A stretch of DNA of 64,000 nucleotides from an archaeon. Its GTDB lineage: Archaea; Micrarchaeota; Micrarchaeia; Norongarragalinales; UBA97. The notes below the pieces were generated by a model. The model ran no database searches. It worked only from the letters and a program-made list of their open reading frames with translations, and was not told the origin of the DNA. Of this stretch, positions 45,911 through 54,928 are shown piece by piece. The stretch spans positions 64,001 to 128,000 of the forward strand of contig JAGVFW010000013.1 in the NCBI GenBank assembly GCA_020057405.1. Reading direction: 5' to 3'. Position numbers and translations under genes: made by a program. Positions within the stretch are counted from its first letter, which is position 1. Every line of letters starts with the position of its first letter.

Positions 45911-46327
45911 TTAGTCAACCCTAATCGTCAAGCGCTTGAGCGCAGCGTTCTTCACATGAGAATAGTCGCGATCATGTTGTATGGCCTTGATTACCGCGAG
46001 GTAGCTGCCCGCGTCCGTCCGCTGGGTAGCCCAAACAGACACCTTAAAGTGGCGCTTCTCGCCCGCCTTTAGCTGGCCGAGTCGAATCTCGCGCGTCTGT
46101 GAAATGGCACTGCGATCAACACCGAGGCCCTTGGCCAACGCGACGGTAATTGAAGTGAATTCGTTGTTGGCCGCCTGGTCGCCGGTAAAGTTCTCGAGGT
46201 CGATCTCCAAGTCCAAGTAGTCGTTGACGTTGGCCTTCAAGCTATATGGATGAAGCTCGCAGGCGAGGCCAAACACTGCAGCGTCGCGCGGCTTTTCGCC
46301 GCCTCCAAGAAAATCAAAAACACCCAT
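45911..46327 (-). CDS. Hypothetical protein (Ig-like beta sandwich)
   Basis: Beta-rich 138-aa ORF with LGQLKAGEKR. Confidence 0.55.
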   Translation of the reverse strand: MGVFDFLGGGEKPRDAAVFGLACELHPYSLKANVNDYLDLEIDLENFTGDQAANNEFTSITVALAKGLGVDRSAISQTREIRLGQLKAGEKRHFKVSVWATQRTDAGSYLAVIKAIQHDRDYSHVKNAALKRLTIRVD

Positions 46328-46403
46328 GGGTTAGAAGCACCTTACTAAGGACAAGCAATTGCGAGGAGTTATTTTAACCTATTGGAGGGAGGGGCGCGAA
46401 GGC

Positions 46404-46847
46404 CTAGGGAGTTGGGGCATTCACCCAGCCTTCCCACCAGTTCGCGTACTCCCGCAGCGCCTGGCTGAAGGCCCCGTCAAGCGAATACCGCCCATCGGCA
46501 CCTTTTTTCACCAAACCCGATCGCTCTAGCGACAAGCAAAGCAGGTAAAGTGTCCCTTTGGGGGCCGAGAGCTCGCCAACAAGCGCGGCAAAAGACTTTG
46601 GCTCCTGCTTCAGGGCCTCCAAGAGCTTGAGCATCAGCCCTTTTCTGGAGGGAGAAAAAGCGAAGGAATTGGTGATGAAGTTATAGATGGTAAACTGCGA
46701 CTTGCCCAACCGCCCTACGTCCTCAGTGCTAACGCGGAAGTAGGCGAAGGCCGTGCCCTTCTGGCGCGCGTAATGCAGCTTGGTCGCGCCAGTGCGCTTA
46801 GTCGACCCGGTTCCCGGAGGCACACCCCCCTCACTTCCACTATTCAA
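46404..46847 (-). CDS. wHTH domain protein
   Basis: LKQEPKSFAALVGELSAPKGTLYLLCLSLERSGLVKK..GRYSL. Confidence 0.65.
   Translation of the reverse strand: MNSGSEGGVPPGTGSTKRTGATKLHYARQKGTAFAYFRVSTEDVGRLGKSQFTIYNFITNSFAFSPSRKGLMLKLLEALKQEPKSFAALVGELSAPKGTLYLLCLSLERSGLVKKGADGRYSLDGAFSQALREYANWWEGWVNAPTP
46825..46842 (-). repeat. 18-bp ORB-like element (left arm of inverted pair)
   Basis: The minus strand reads TAGTGGAAGTGAGGGGGG, identical to 49551-49568 on the plus strand. Confidence 0.55.
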
Positions 46848-46917
46848 GGTTTTTCACTTCCCCGGGCGCGCAAACGCCGGTTTTAGTCATTCTCACTCGG
46901 TGCGACTACTTAAATAG

Positions 46918-48258
46918 TTGCCTGCAATAAAGTCGATTATGGCCGCGGGGTGGGAAACCGGCGCCGATTTAATTGTCGGGGTACGGGCTATCGAAGTCCT
47001 TGACTCTAGGGGTAACCCCACAGTCGAGGTGCATGTTGCCGCAAAACGCGGTAAGGGAGCCGCAATCGCACCCTCAGGAGCGTCAACGGGCATTTTTGAG
47101 GCAGTCGAACTACGGGACGGGGGCAAGCGCTATGGTGGTAAAGGCGTTGCGACCGCCGTTTCTAACGTCAACAAGATAATCGGCCCGAAACTAGTCGGCA
47201 TGCACGCAACCGACCAAGTGGGGCTTGACTCGCTAATGCGCAAACTAGATGGCACTGACGACAAACACAAACTTGGAGCCAACGCCATTGTCGCTACAAG
47301 CATGGCCTGCGCAAAGGCCGCCGCTTCCTGCCTGGGCCTAAAGACTCACGAATACTTGGGCGCAAGAAAGCGAGTAGTGATACCCGTACCCTTTTGCAAT
47401 GTAATCAATGGAGGCAAGCACGCGGCCAACGGACTCGCTTTCCAAGAGTATATGGTTGCGCCTATCGGCGCCAAGCGTTTTTCTGAGGCAATGGAAGCGA
47501 CCTGTAGCATTTACCACACACTAGGTAAGAAACTGCAAGCCAAGCACGGGCCGGGTTCAACCAACGTAGGCGACGAAGGCGGTTACGCGCCGCCCTTCGC
47601 AACCGTCGCGGAGCCGTTGGCTTTTTTGGAAGAAGTTGTCGAAGAAACTGGCTGGAAAGGAAAGGTATTTTTCGCACTTGATTTAGCAGCATCATCGTTT
47701 TTTGAGAACGGAAAATATTTGGTCGATGGTAAGAAACTAACCCCCGGCGAGCTGGCGGATGTGCTTTCCGGCTTGTGCAAAGAGTATCCGATAATATCCA
47801 TTGAAGACCCGTTTGAAGAAAATGCGTTTGGTGATTTTGCGAGCTTTACAAAAAAACACCCAAAAATACAGGTGGTTGGTGACGATTTGCTCGTGACAAA
47901 CACCACTCGCATTAAAACCGCACTCGAACAAGGTGCTTGCAATGCCCTTTTACTCAAACCAAACCAAGCCGGTTCTCTTTCTGAAGCAGTGGCAGCAGTT
48001 GAAACCGCTTACGAAAACGGCTGGGGCGTCATGGCATCTCACCGTTCAGGAGACAGCGAAGATGTGTTCATCGCCAGCCTCGCGGTGGGCCTGGGTATAG
48101 GCCAGCTAAAGAGTGGCGCGCCAGCCAGGGGCGAACGCACAAGCAAATACAATAACCTGCTTAGAATTGAATCTTTTTCCGAAGGGAGTGTTGAGTACGC
48201 GGGCAAAAATTTCAGGCGACCAGTTACCAGTGTCCCAAAATTATGGCGCGGTGAATAA
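46918..48258 (+). CDS. eno: Enolase
   Basis: DSRGNPTVEV, PSGASTG, GDEGG, SHRSG and RTSKYN. Confidence 0.97.
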   Translation: MPAIKSIMAAGWETGADLIVGVRAIEVLDSRGNPTVEVHVAAKRGKGAAIAPSGASTGIFEAVELRDGGKRYGGKGVATAVSNVNKIIGPKLVGMHATDQVGLDSLMRKLDGTDDKHKLGANAIVATSMACAKAAASCLGLKTHEYLGARKRVVIPVPFCNVINGGKHAANGLAFQEYMVAPIGAKRFSEAMEATCSIYHTLGKKLQAKHGPGSTNVGDEGGYAPPFATVAEPLAFLEEVVEETGWKGKVFFALDLAASSFFENGKYLVDGKKLTPGELADVLSGLCKEYPIISIEDPFEENAFGDFASFTKKHPKIQVVGDDLLVTNTTRIKTALEQGACNALLLKPNQAGSLSEAVAAVETAYENGWGVMASHRSGDSEDVFIASLAVGLGIGQLKSGAPARGERTSKYNNLLRIESFSEGSVEYAGKNFRRPVTSVPKLWRGE

Positions 48259-49495
48259 GGTGGTTGGCTCAAAAATCGTTTTGATTGTGCTTGATGGGTT
48301 AGGTGACCGGCCGGTTGCGCAACTAAATAACTTAACTCCACTTGAAGCTGCCCGAACGCCTAATTTTGATTATATGGTTGATAGGGGGATTACGGGTATT
48401 GTTGACACAATTGCGCCCGGAGTCCGGCCTGGAAGCGACACTTCACACATGGCCCTGCTAGGTTACGACCCGAAAACACAGTACACCGGCCGCGGTCCCA
48501 TAGAAGCCGCGGGGGTAGGGCTAAAACTAAGGGCCGGCGACTTAGCTTTCAGAGCCAATTTTGCCACCCTGGACAAACAAAGCCAAATAATAGACCGCCG
48601 GGCCGGCCGCATTACGGATGTAAGTGGATTTGAAACGGCACTCAATTCAATAAAACTAAAAAACATTCAAATGACTTTCCGAGCAGGAACTGCACACCGC
48701 GGCGCTTTGGTCTTAAGGCCAGATAAAACCATACATCTCAGCGACAAGATAAGCAGCAACGACCCCAAGGCCGAAAACGTGCGGGTGAAAGATGTCGCGC
48801 CCCTCGATTCAAGCAAAGAGGCAAAGGTAACTGCTCAAATTGTAAACGATTTTCTAACTCAAGCGAGAACAATTTTGGAGAACCACCCGCTAAACAAAAA
48901 CCGGGTAAAACAAAAACTACTTTCCGCAAACAGCCTTTTGGTGCGGGGGCCTGGTTTCACCCCGGTACTCGTCCCCTTTGAAACCAAGCACGGGTTGAAG
49001 GGGGCTTGCGTTGCCGGCGCGGCGATGTACAAGGGCGTTTCAACGCTTGTTGGACTTGACGTAATTCCTGTAAAGGGCGCGACTGGGAAAGTTGATACTA
49101 ATGTCGAGGCAAAAACCACTGCAGTGCTGCAAGCCCTTGAAAAGTACGATTTCGTCTTCATGCACGTCAAGGCAACAGATTCACTAGCCGAAGATGGTGA
49201 TGCAGCAGGAAAAACGGCATTTATAGAAAAAATAGACGCCGCGCTGCCAAAGCTCGTAGCCCGGGAAGATACGGTTATTGTAGTGACTGCAGACCACACA
49301 ACTTCAAGCGAACTAAAACGACACACCGGCGACCCCGTTCCCATCTTGTTCTACGGGCCGGGTGTACGGCGTGATGCAGTGCGGAAATTCGGGGAACGCG
49401 AATGCGCCAAAGGCGATGTCGGCAGGATACGCGGCCTTGACGTAATGAGCGAGGCAATCAACTTAGCCGGGCGCGCGCCAATGTACGGCACTTAA
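48251..49495 (+). CDS. apgM: 2,3-bisphosphoglycerate-independent phosphoglycerate mutase (archaeal type)
   Basis: [23 protein letters not shown] and TADH...H. Confidence 0.92.
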   Translation: MNKVVGSKIVLIVLDGLGDRPVAQLNNLTPLEAARTPNFDYMVDRGITGIVDTIAPGVRPGSDTSHMALLGYDPKTQYTGRGPIEAAGVGLKLRAGDLAFRANFATLDKQSQIIDRRAGRITDVSGFETALNSIKLKNIQMTFRAGTAHRGALVLRPDKTIHLSDKISSNDPKAENVRVKDVAPLDSSKEAKVTAQIVNDFLTQARTILENHPLNKNRVKQKLLSANSLLVRGPGFTPVLVPFETKHGLKGACVAGAAMYKGVSTLVGLDVIPVKGATGKVDTNVEAKTTAVLQALEKYDFVFMHVKATDSLAEDGDAAGKTAFIEKIDAALPKLVAREDTVIVVTADHTTSSELKRHTGDPVPILFYGPGVRRDAVRKFGERECAKGDVGRIRGLDVMSEAINLAGRAPMYGT

Positions 49496-49550
49496 CTCCT
49501 TTCTTTTTTTGCCCAAATGGCCGTCAGGGGCAACAGCCAGTTTGGCCGAT

Positions 49551-49568
49551 TAGTGGAAGTGAGGGGGG
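49551..49568 (+). repeat. 18-bp ORB-like element (right arm of inverted pair)
   Basis: TAGTGGAAGTGAGGGGGG. Confidence 0.55.
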
Positions 49569-49658
49569 AGTCGGGCAATTTATGGGCGCACCCCACCCAA
49601 ACAATGCCCGATTACCAGAACTGCGGGGCGGGTCAAACTTCCTTCTCATCCCGAATCA

Positions 49659-50048
49659 TCAGAGTATGACAAAGGAAATGGGTTTGCCCTTCGAGCTGAA
49701 AGCCGCAGTCATGCCCACGGAGTAGGGTGGGCCGGAAGCAATCAAGTGCGCGCGGCCGTAACGGCCGAACAGGTGCAGGTCCGCAGACGACGGTCGCGCC
49801 GGGCTGTTGGGGTGCGAGTGGAACGTTCCAACGATGCCTGCCGAAAGCGGGACGTTAACCGAGTCAAACCACACGCTAGAGGAATTGGCTTCCGAAAGCG
49901 GCGCGAGATAGAGTTTTTCGACAATCACGTCCTCGCCATCGTAGCGGCCGGGAAACAGGCCGAGAAACTCGTTCGGGTAGCTGTTGGCCGCGCCAAGCAG
50001 GCAACTTTCAAAAACATCGCGCGGGAGCAGGAGTCGCATCAAAATCAC
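49659..50048 (-). CDS. JAMM/MPN+ metalloprotease
   Basis: PNE...FHSHP...PS.AD JAMM motif. Confidence 0.9.
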   Translation of the reverse strand: MILMRLLLPRDVFESCLLGAANSYPNEFLGLFPGRYDGEDVIVEKLYLAPLSEANSSSVWFDSVNVPLSAGIVGTFHSHPNSPARPSSADLHLFGRYGRAHLIASGPPYSVGMTAAFSSKGKPISFVIL

Positions 50049-50153
50049 TCTTTGTAGTGCCTAACTTTCCTTCCTCATCCACGGGCGCCCGGTTTCTGTC
50101 ACTGCGGTTCCCCCTTACTGTTATTAAGTTGCTTGCCTACATATACTTTCATA

Positions 50154-50504
50154 ATGACTGTATTTTCCTGCAGCAATTGCGCCTTTCGTTTCGAGGGCGA
50201 CGCGCCCAAGGCGTGCCCGCGCTGTGCAAGTATTGACATTACTGAATTCCGCCAGACGCGTCACGAGCGTGGAGGCGTAACTATCGTCCGCGAGGAACGC
50301 CCGGCGCCCGAAGGCACGGACGGGAAGCCCCACAAACTAATGCACTACCGTGAGGGCAAGGCGGGCTGGCAGGACTTCCACAATCAACAGTCGACCGCGT
50401 GCCCCAACTGTGGGGGCACCGAATTCGACCGAGACGCCAAACGCAAGGAAAAAGTCTGCCGCAAGTGCGGCGAAGTCATGCCCCTCCCGCGCAGGTACGC
50501 GTAG
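50154..50504 (+). CDS. Double Zn-ribbon protein
   Basis: CSNC/CPRC and CPNC/CRKC pairs. Confidence 0.7.
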   Translation: MTVFSCSNCAFRFEGDAPKACPRCASIDITEFRQTRHERGGVTIVREERPAPEGTDGKPHKLMHYREGKAGWQDFHNQQSTACPNCGGTEFDRDAKRKEKVCRKCGEVMPLPRRYA

Positions 50505-50534
50505 CTTTAGCTTCTTTTCTTCCTGTGCACTAAA

Positions 50535-51953
50535 TTAGTATTGCTGGCGCGAGCGGTAGTACTGGTAGGAAAGCGCGCCCGCCACTGCGACTAGGAGTGC
50601 AAATCCAATCAACTCGGCAGTCGAGACGCCGGGAATCTGCTGCGAGAGCGACGCGGGCGAACTCGCTTGCTTGTCAAGGGCATCGCGTTCGGCGACAAGC
50701 CGCGCCGTGACGTTCTGGAAATCAGCGCGCGAGGCGTTTCCGTTGATGCGCAGGTTCTGCTCGAGCACTATAAAGTCGGTTTCAAGTCGCGTTACGCGGT
50801 CGGCAATTTGCTGCGCGTTGTTAGGGTCCGAGTTCGCAAGTGCCCGTCCCGCCGGTTCCTCGATGGCAGACAGCGCCCTTGTGGCGGTACGGTAGTCCCC
50901 AAGCACGGCCCCCGCAGCGCTAATCCGGCCAATCGCGTGCGCGTACGCTTTCGAAAACTCACGAGTCTTTGTGATTGCGTCGTCGTACGTAGTCGCGTCA
51001 GAGCTGGCAAGCGTGCGTAGGTTTTCCTCGTCCGAGAATGAAAAGAGCGAGCGAGCGCCGCGAACGGAAGTAAATTCGCTGTTGAATTCAGAGGCGCTCG
51101 TGCTATACTCGTCAAGGCGGGAAATCGCCCACGTGGAGTAGTAGGGGGCGGCCCCGCGCGTTAGCGTCGCCGCGACCTTGGCGCGAATCGCATCCTTGCC
51201 CGCGGTCGTATCGGCGTCAATGTAGGCTCCTGCGATGTCGCTCATCCTGTCAAGGTCCGCCGACCCAAGGGTACAGCGGTTTAGCCGGCCGTTAGTGGCA
51301 AACGGGGGGTACGCAACCATGTGCAAGTGCTGGGTGGTAAAGAGCCCATACCCGGCCTTGGCTTTTCCAAGCGCCGTTGCCGCTGCTCCCGCGGCAGTCG
51401 CGTCGCCAGTCTCAAGCGCGCGGCCTGCAGCTTCCAAGTCGCTTGCGGCGAGGGTCATTTCAGCAAGGCCGGCGTCAATCCCGGCCTTGGCTTCGACAAT
51501 GGAGAAACTGATGATGCCCCGCCACAAGCCGGTGCCCCAAAGGTAGCCGCAGCGGAACTTGTAGTAGCTGGTTTCCATGCAGTTGGACCCGGCGCCGGAG
51601 GCAAAATCGTCGTAAACTTGCCGGCACACGGCAACTCCGTTCCCCAAAGCAGTCGCCCGCGCACTGAATTCCTTGGCTTCTGCGGGGGAAATCGCCAGCC
51701 GCACGTCGCTTAGGGCCTCAACCGCTTCGTCGGGTGAGAGCGGCCCGCCCGTGACGTTATCCAAAAGCACGAGTGAACCCACCGAGCCCTTCACGACGAC
51801 CGCCCAACCATCGGCGTAGTGCACAGTTGGTGAGTCAACCACGTCCTCGTTAGGCAGCAAAAACGCCCTTGCGTCATCCGCTGGAGACGCCCAAGCTAGG
51901 GGCGCAAACAGGGCGGTCCACGCAAGCAAAAGTAAGGCGGCAAATCGGCGCAT
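50535..51953 (-). CDS. Secreted helical protein with a C-terminal TM anchor
   Basis: Signal peptide, Cys pairs, and a C-terminal TM helix followed by a short tail. Confidence 0.7.
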   Translation of the reverse strand: MRRFAALLLLAWTALFAPLAWASPADDARAFLLPNEDVVDSPTVHYADGWAVVVKGSVGSLVLLDNVTGGPLSPDEAVEALSDVRLAISPAEAKEFSARATALGNGVAVCRQVYDDFASGAGSNCMETSYYKFRCGYLWGTGLWRGIISFSIVEAKAGIDAGLAEMTLAASDLEAAGRALETGDATAAGAAATALGKAKAGYGLFTTQHLHMVAYPPFATNGRLNRCTLGSADLDRMSDIAGAYIDADTTAGKDAIRAKVAATLTRGAAPYYSTWAISRLDEYSTSASEFNSEFTSVRGARSLFSFSDEENLRTLASSDATTYDDAITKTREFSKAYAHAIGRISAAGAVLGDYRTATRALSAIEEPAGRALANSDPNNAQQIADRVTRLETDFIVLEQNLRINGNASRADFQNVTARLVAERDALDKQASSPASLSQQIPGVSTAELIGFALLVAVAGALSYQYYRSRQQY

Positions 51954-52078
51954 TGCACCAACCTCACTCTACGCGCGCTTTTAATTCTATACGGCAAGGG
52001 GGCCGCAATTACTGGGGTTAAAAGCAGCCCTGCGGGCAAAAGCAACCTTAAATGTATTACCTTGCGGTACATGTTGTT

Positions 52079-52789
52079 ATGGGAAAAAAAGAGGGCCTAG
52101 ACCTAGTTTGGTCGGGCGCGACATCGGGTGCTTACGCAGCGTGCTTTGGTAAGTGGCGAAAGGTGACCGAAGTCTATGGCATGCTCTACGGCAAGGAAGG
52201 TCAAGCCTACAATACCGGCCGCGTGTCTGTAGCAATCAAGCAGCTGGCCAAGGCGGGGTTTCTCAAGGCCGCCAAGCACCCCAGCACAACCTGGCGGCTC
52301 TACACTTCGACACTTGAGCCCCTCTTCACCGAAGCGGAGCTTTACGGCGTCGAATTCGACGACAAGCAAAAGCAATTCATTGAAGCTTACCTTGGATGCG
52401 CTGCCGGAAAGCCCATTGGCGCGCTTATAACTCCCCGAATTGCCTTTGTCAAGAAAGCGCCCTTCCCTGCAATGGAGCGGATGCGCGCCGAACTCTCGGC
52501 CCTCGTGTCGCTTGCCCTAGTCCACTTGTTTTTCAAGCAGCTAGAGGGCTATAAAATCCAGGCCTACGTCGAAGCACTATCCGAAACCCTTGGGAAGGAA
52601 GGCAAGGACGTAAAGCCGCTAAGTGCGTCTCCCGCAAGCGACGTGGCCGCCCGCCTTGCCCTGGAGGCCAAGGAAGAGCTGGCCAAGGCCGGGGGCAAGC
52701 CCGAGGGAACCGCCCTTTTCCGCCTCATCAAGTACCTTTACCCCGGCGCCTACGTCGAGCTCCTAGAGCTTGGCCGCCAGGCGGTTTGA
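52079..52789 (+). CDS. Hypothetical protein, N-terminal wHTH-like
   Basis: VSVAIKQLAKAGFL helix-wing pattern. Confidence 0.5.
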   Translation: MGKKEGLDLVWSGATSGAYAACFGKWRKVTEVYGMLYGKEGQAYNTGRVSVAIKQLAKAGFLKAAKHPSTTWRLYTSTLEPLFTEAELYGVEFDDKQKQFIEAYLGCAAGKPIGALITPRIAFVKKAPFPAMERMRAELSALVSLALVHLFFKQLEGYKIQAYVEALSETLGKEGKDVKPLSASPASDVAARLALEAKEELAKAGGKPEGTALFRLIKYLYPGAYVELLELGRQAV

Positions 52790-52856
52790 AAAAGCTTATT
52801 ACCCAGTTCCGACCCAATAAGTAGTGCTAGTTTTCGTGTTTAGTGAGGTAAAATAG

Positions 52857-53345
52857 ATGATGAACCAAGGCGGCGTCAGGCCGCTTAACAAGCGTTGGCT
52901 GACTTCATTTAGGAAGGAAAAGAAACTCGAAGACTACCTCCTAGTGGGCGAGCCGCTCGTCCAGTGGCTGACGCAAAAAGGCGAGTGGCGCAAGCTTCTA
53001 GTCCGCTGCACCGCAATCGAGTGCCTCGCAGTGTTCAAGCACGCGCGCCTCAAGCGGAGGCTCAACGTCGTCATCCGCGGCAAGGGCGGAGAGTTCAACA
53101 ACTTCACCGAATCGCTAGGCGAGCTTGTCTTCCTTACCGACCGCCTCGGCGCTGCCGACTACGCGGCACTGGCGTTTCCCGTCAGCATGAAGACGCTCAT
53201 CGTCAGCCAGGCGCAGAACATGCCCGCGAACTGGAAGAAACTCGGCAAGACTTTTAACGCAACTCACGTCTTCTTCGTCTCCGAAACCCAGCCCACCGCG
53301 GTTGAGGAAATCTCGTGGGACGGCGTCCTCAAGCAAAAAGTCTGA
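52857..53345 (+). CDS. Hypothetical protein, degenerate PD-(D/E)xK-like fold
   Basis: IECLAV...VIRGKG...SLGEL...AALAFP pattern. Confidence 0.45.
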   Translation: MMNQGGVRPLNKRWLTSFRKEKKLEDYLLVGEPLVQWLTQKGEWRKLLVRCTAIECLAVFKHARLKRRLNVVIRGKGGEFNNFTESLGELVFLTDRLGAADYAALAFPVSMKTLIVSQAQNMPANWKKLGKTFNATHVFFVSETQPTAVEEISWDGVLKQKV

Positions 53346-53350
53346 AGTTC

Positions 53351-54013
53351 ATGGACTCGCTTAAAGTCCGCGACGCCAAGATAACGTGGCTCGGTCACGC
53401 GACCTTCACCGTTGACTGGCAAGGGGGCCGCGCGTGCTTCGATCCCTTTCTATTGCCCCCCTCTGCCCCAAAGGCAGCTTGCGACCTCGTGCTTGTCACG
53501 CACGAGCACTTCGACCACTGCAACCCAGAAAAGCTGGCGCGCGTTAGCAACGCGAGCACGACCGTAGTTTGCGGGCCCAACTGCGCAGCCAAATTCTCGC
53601 AACTGAACCTGAAGACAACCGAGCTTACCGCGGGCCAGTCGGCAACCGTAGCCGGAGTGAAAATCATAGCAGTGCCCGCCTACAACGTGGCAAAGCCGTT
53701 CCATCCCCGCGGCCTCGGTGTTGGATTCGTCGCCGACTTTGGTGGGGTGAAAATCTACCATGCCGGTGACACCGACCACATTCCGGAAATGAAATCATTT
53801 GCGGCAATGAAAATAGACGTGGCGCTCTTGCCAATCGGCGGTCACTACACTATGGACTCGGAGGAAGCCGCCCGCGCCGCAAACGACATTGCCCCCGCTT
53901 TCGTCGTGCCAATGCACTACGGCACGATGCCCGAAATCAAGGGCGATGTCAAGGCATTCGCTGCCCTTGTCGAAAAGAAAACAAAAGTAGTGGAGCTAGA
54001 GCCGCTAAAGTAA
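53351..54013 (+). CDS. MBL-fold metallo-hydrolase (UPF0173-like)
   Basis: WLGHA, THEHFDH, YHAGDT and PMHY. Confidence 0.9.
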   Translation: MDSLKVRDAKITWLGHATFTVDWQGGRACFDPFLLPPSAPKAACDLVLVTHEHFDHCNPEKLARVSNASTTVVCGPNCAAKFSQLNLKTTELTAGQSATVAGVKIIAVPAYNVAKPFHPRGLGVGFVADFGGVKIYHAGDTDHIPEMKSFAAMKIDVALLPIGGHYTMDSEEAARAANDIAPAFVVPMHYGTMPEIKGDVKAFAALVEKKTKVVELEPLK

Positions 54014-54041
54014 AAACCGCGGGAAACGAAGGCCCGCGGCC

Positions 54042-54500
54042 TTAGCGCTTTCGTTTAAGCTTCTTTTTCACGCTCTTCTTGGCCGCGTGCTTTCTCACAC
54101 GGGCCTTGAGGCGCGCCTCAGCTTTGGAACCCGTCAGCTTCACGGGCTTTCTCCGGCCCGCGGCCCCCCGTTTTGCAGCGTGCTTTACCGAACCTGTCAC
54201 GCGCTCGATTGCCTCAATCAAGCGGCCGATGAGGTTCCCTCGCGTAGGTTCCCTGTCGACTGGCGTCATGTCGCGCCCGTGGTGCTTTGGCTGCGCCCCG
54301 TGGCTGGCTGTGATTCGCTTCCCGCACTTACGGCACACGAATTCGAGTGTGGCCCCGCGCCTGTCACCGACCGTGGCGGCAGTGTTCTCGCCCCCATCGT
54401 CATCGTATTCCTTAGGGTTCATGCGCTCGTCGAGGTCATCCGCCTCGTGCACCTCGCGCGCCTCTTCTTCAGCAATAGCTTCCTTCAAGTCCCGTGCCAT
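54042..54500 (-). CDS. Hypothetical protein: acidic N-terminus, CxxC motif, Lys/Arg-rich tail
   Basis: AGGTGA ribosome-binding site; CRKC...HHG; basic C-terminus. Confidence 0.6.
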   Translation of the reverse strand: MARDLKEAIAEEEAREVHEADDLDERMNPKEYDDDGGENTAATVGDRRGATLEFVCRKCGKRITASHGAQPKHHGRDMTPVDREPTRGNLIGRLIEAIERVTGSVKHAAKRGAAGRRKPVKLTGSKAEARLKARVRKHAAKKSVKKKLKRKR

Positions 54501-54611
54501 TTCTCATCACCTGCTTATGTTATAGTGCAACGTAGTGGTGAAATAAAAAAGAGAAGCAAGGGCGGAAAACAAAAAGAAGAAGGAATTGGGGCGTTTGCCC
54601 CGTTTCCGAAC

Positions 54612-54773
54612 TTAGGGCTTCTTCATCAAGTTCTTGCGCTTTACGAATGCCCAGAGCTTCTTGGTCATTTCGCTTGGCGCGATTGGACTCGTGCCGAAGA
54701 CTTCGCCGACTGTAGTGTCCTTGACACTTGCGAAGCCGACGGTAATGCCGCCGAATGGTTTCTTAACTACCAT
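54612..54773 (-). CDS. 53-aa SWIB/MDM2-like protein (not in ORF track)
   Basis: MVVKKPFGG...VFGTSPIAPSEMTKKLWAFVKRKNL. AGGTGA ribosome-binding site; downstream GGGGC-AAAC-GCCCC hairpin. Confidence 0.75.
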   Translation of the reverse strand: MVVKKPFGGITVGFASVKDTTVGEVFGTSPIAPSEMTKKLWAFVKRKNLMKKP

Positions 54774-54928
54774 TTACATCACCTATTTTTTAATTGGATC
54801 CCGTCGAAGCAACGCGCGTCGCCCCTTCCCCGGAAAACCAAAATCCTTACCCCCCCTCCCTTTAAATAGGTAGTGTTTTTCTCCCTCGCAAAAAACAGTT
54901 TAAACACTTTGCCCGCGTAACGCATTTC

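Noticed and set aside
49500-49658. RNase P or other structured RNA
   Set aside because: There is a TCGGGCA/TGCCCGA stem, but I could not build the P4 pairing or the other conserved helices.
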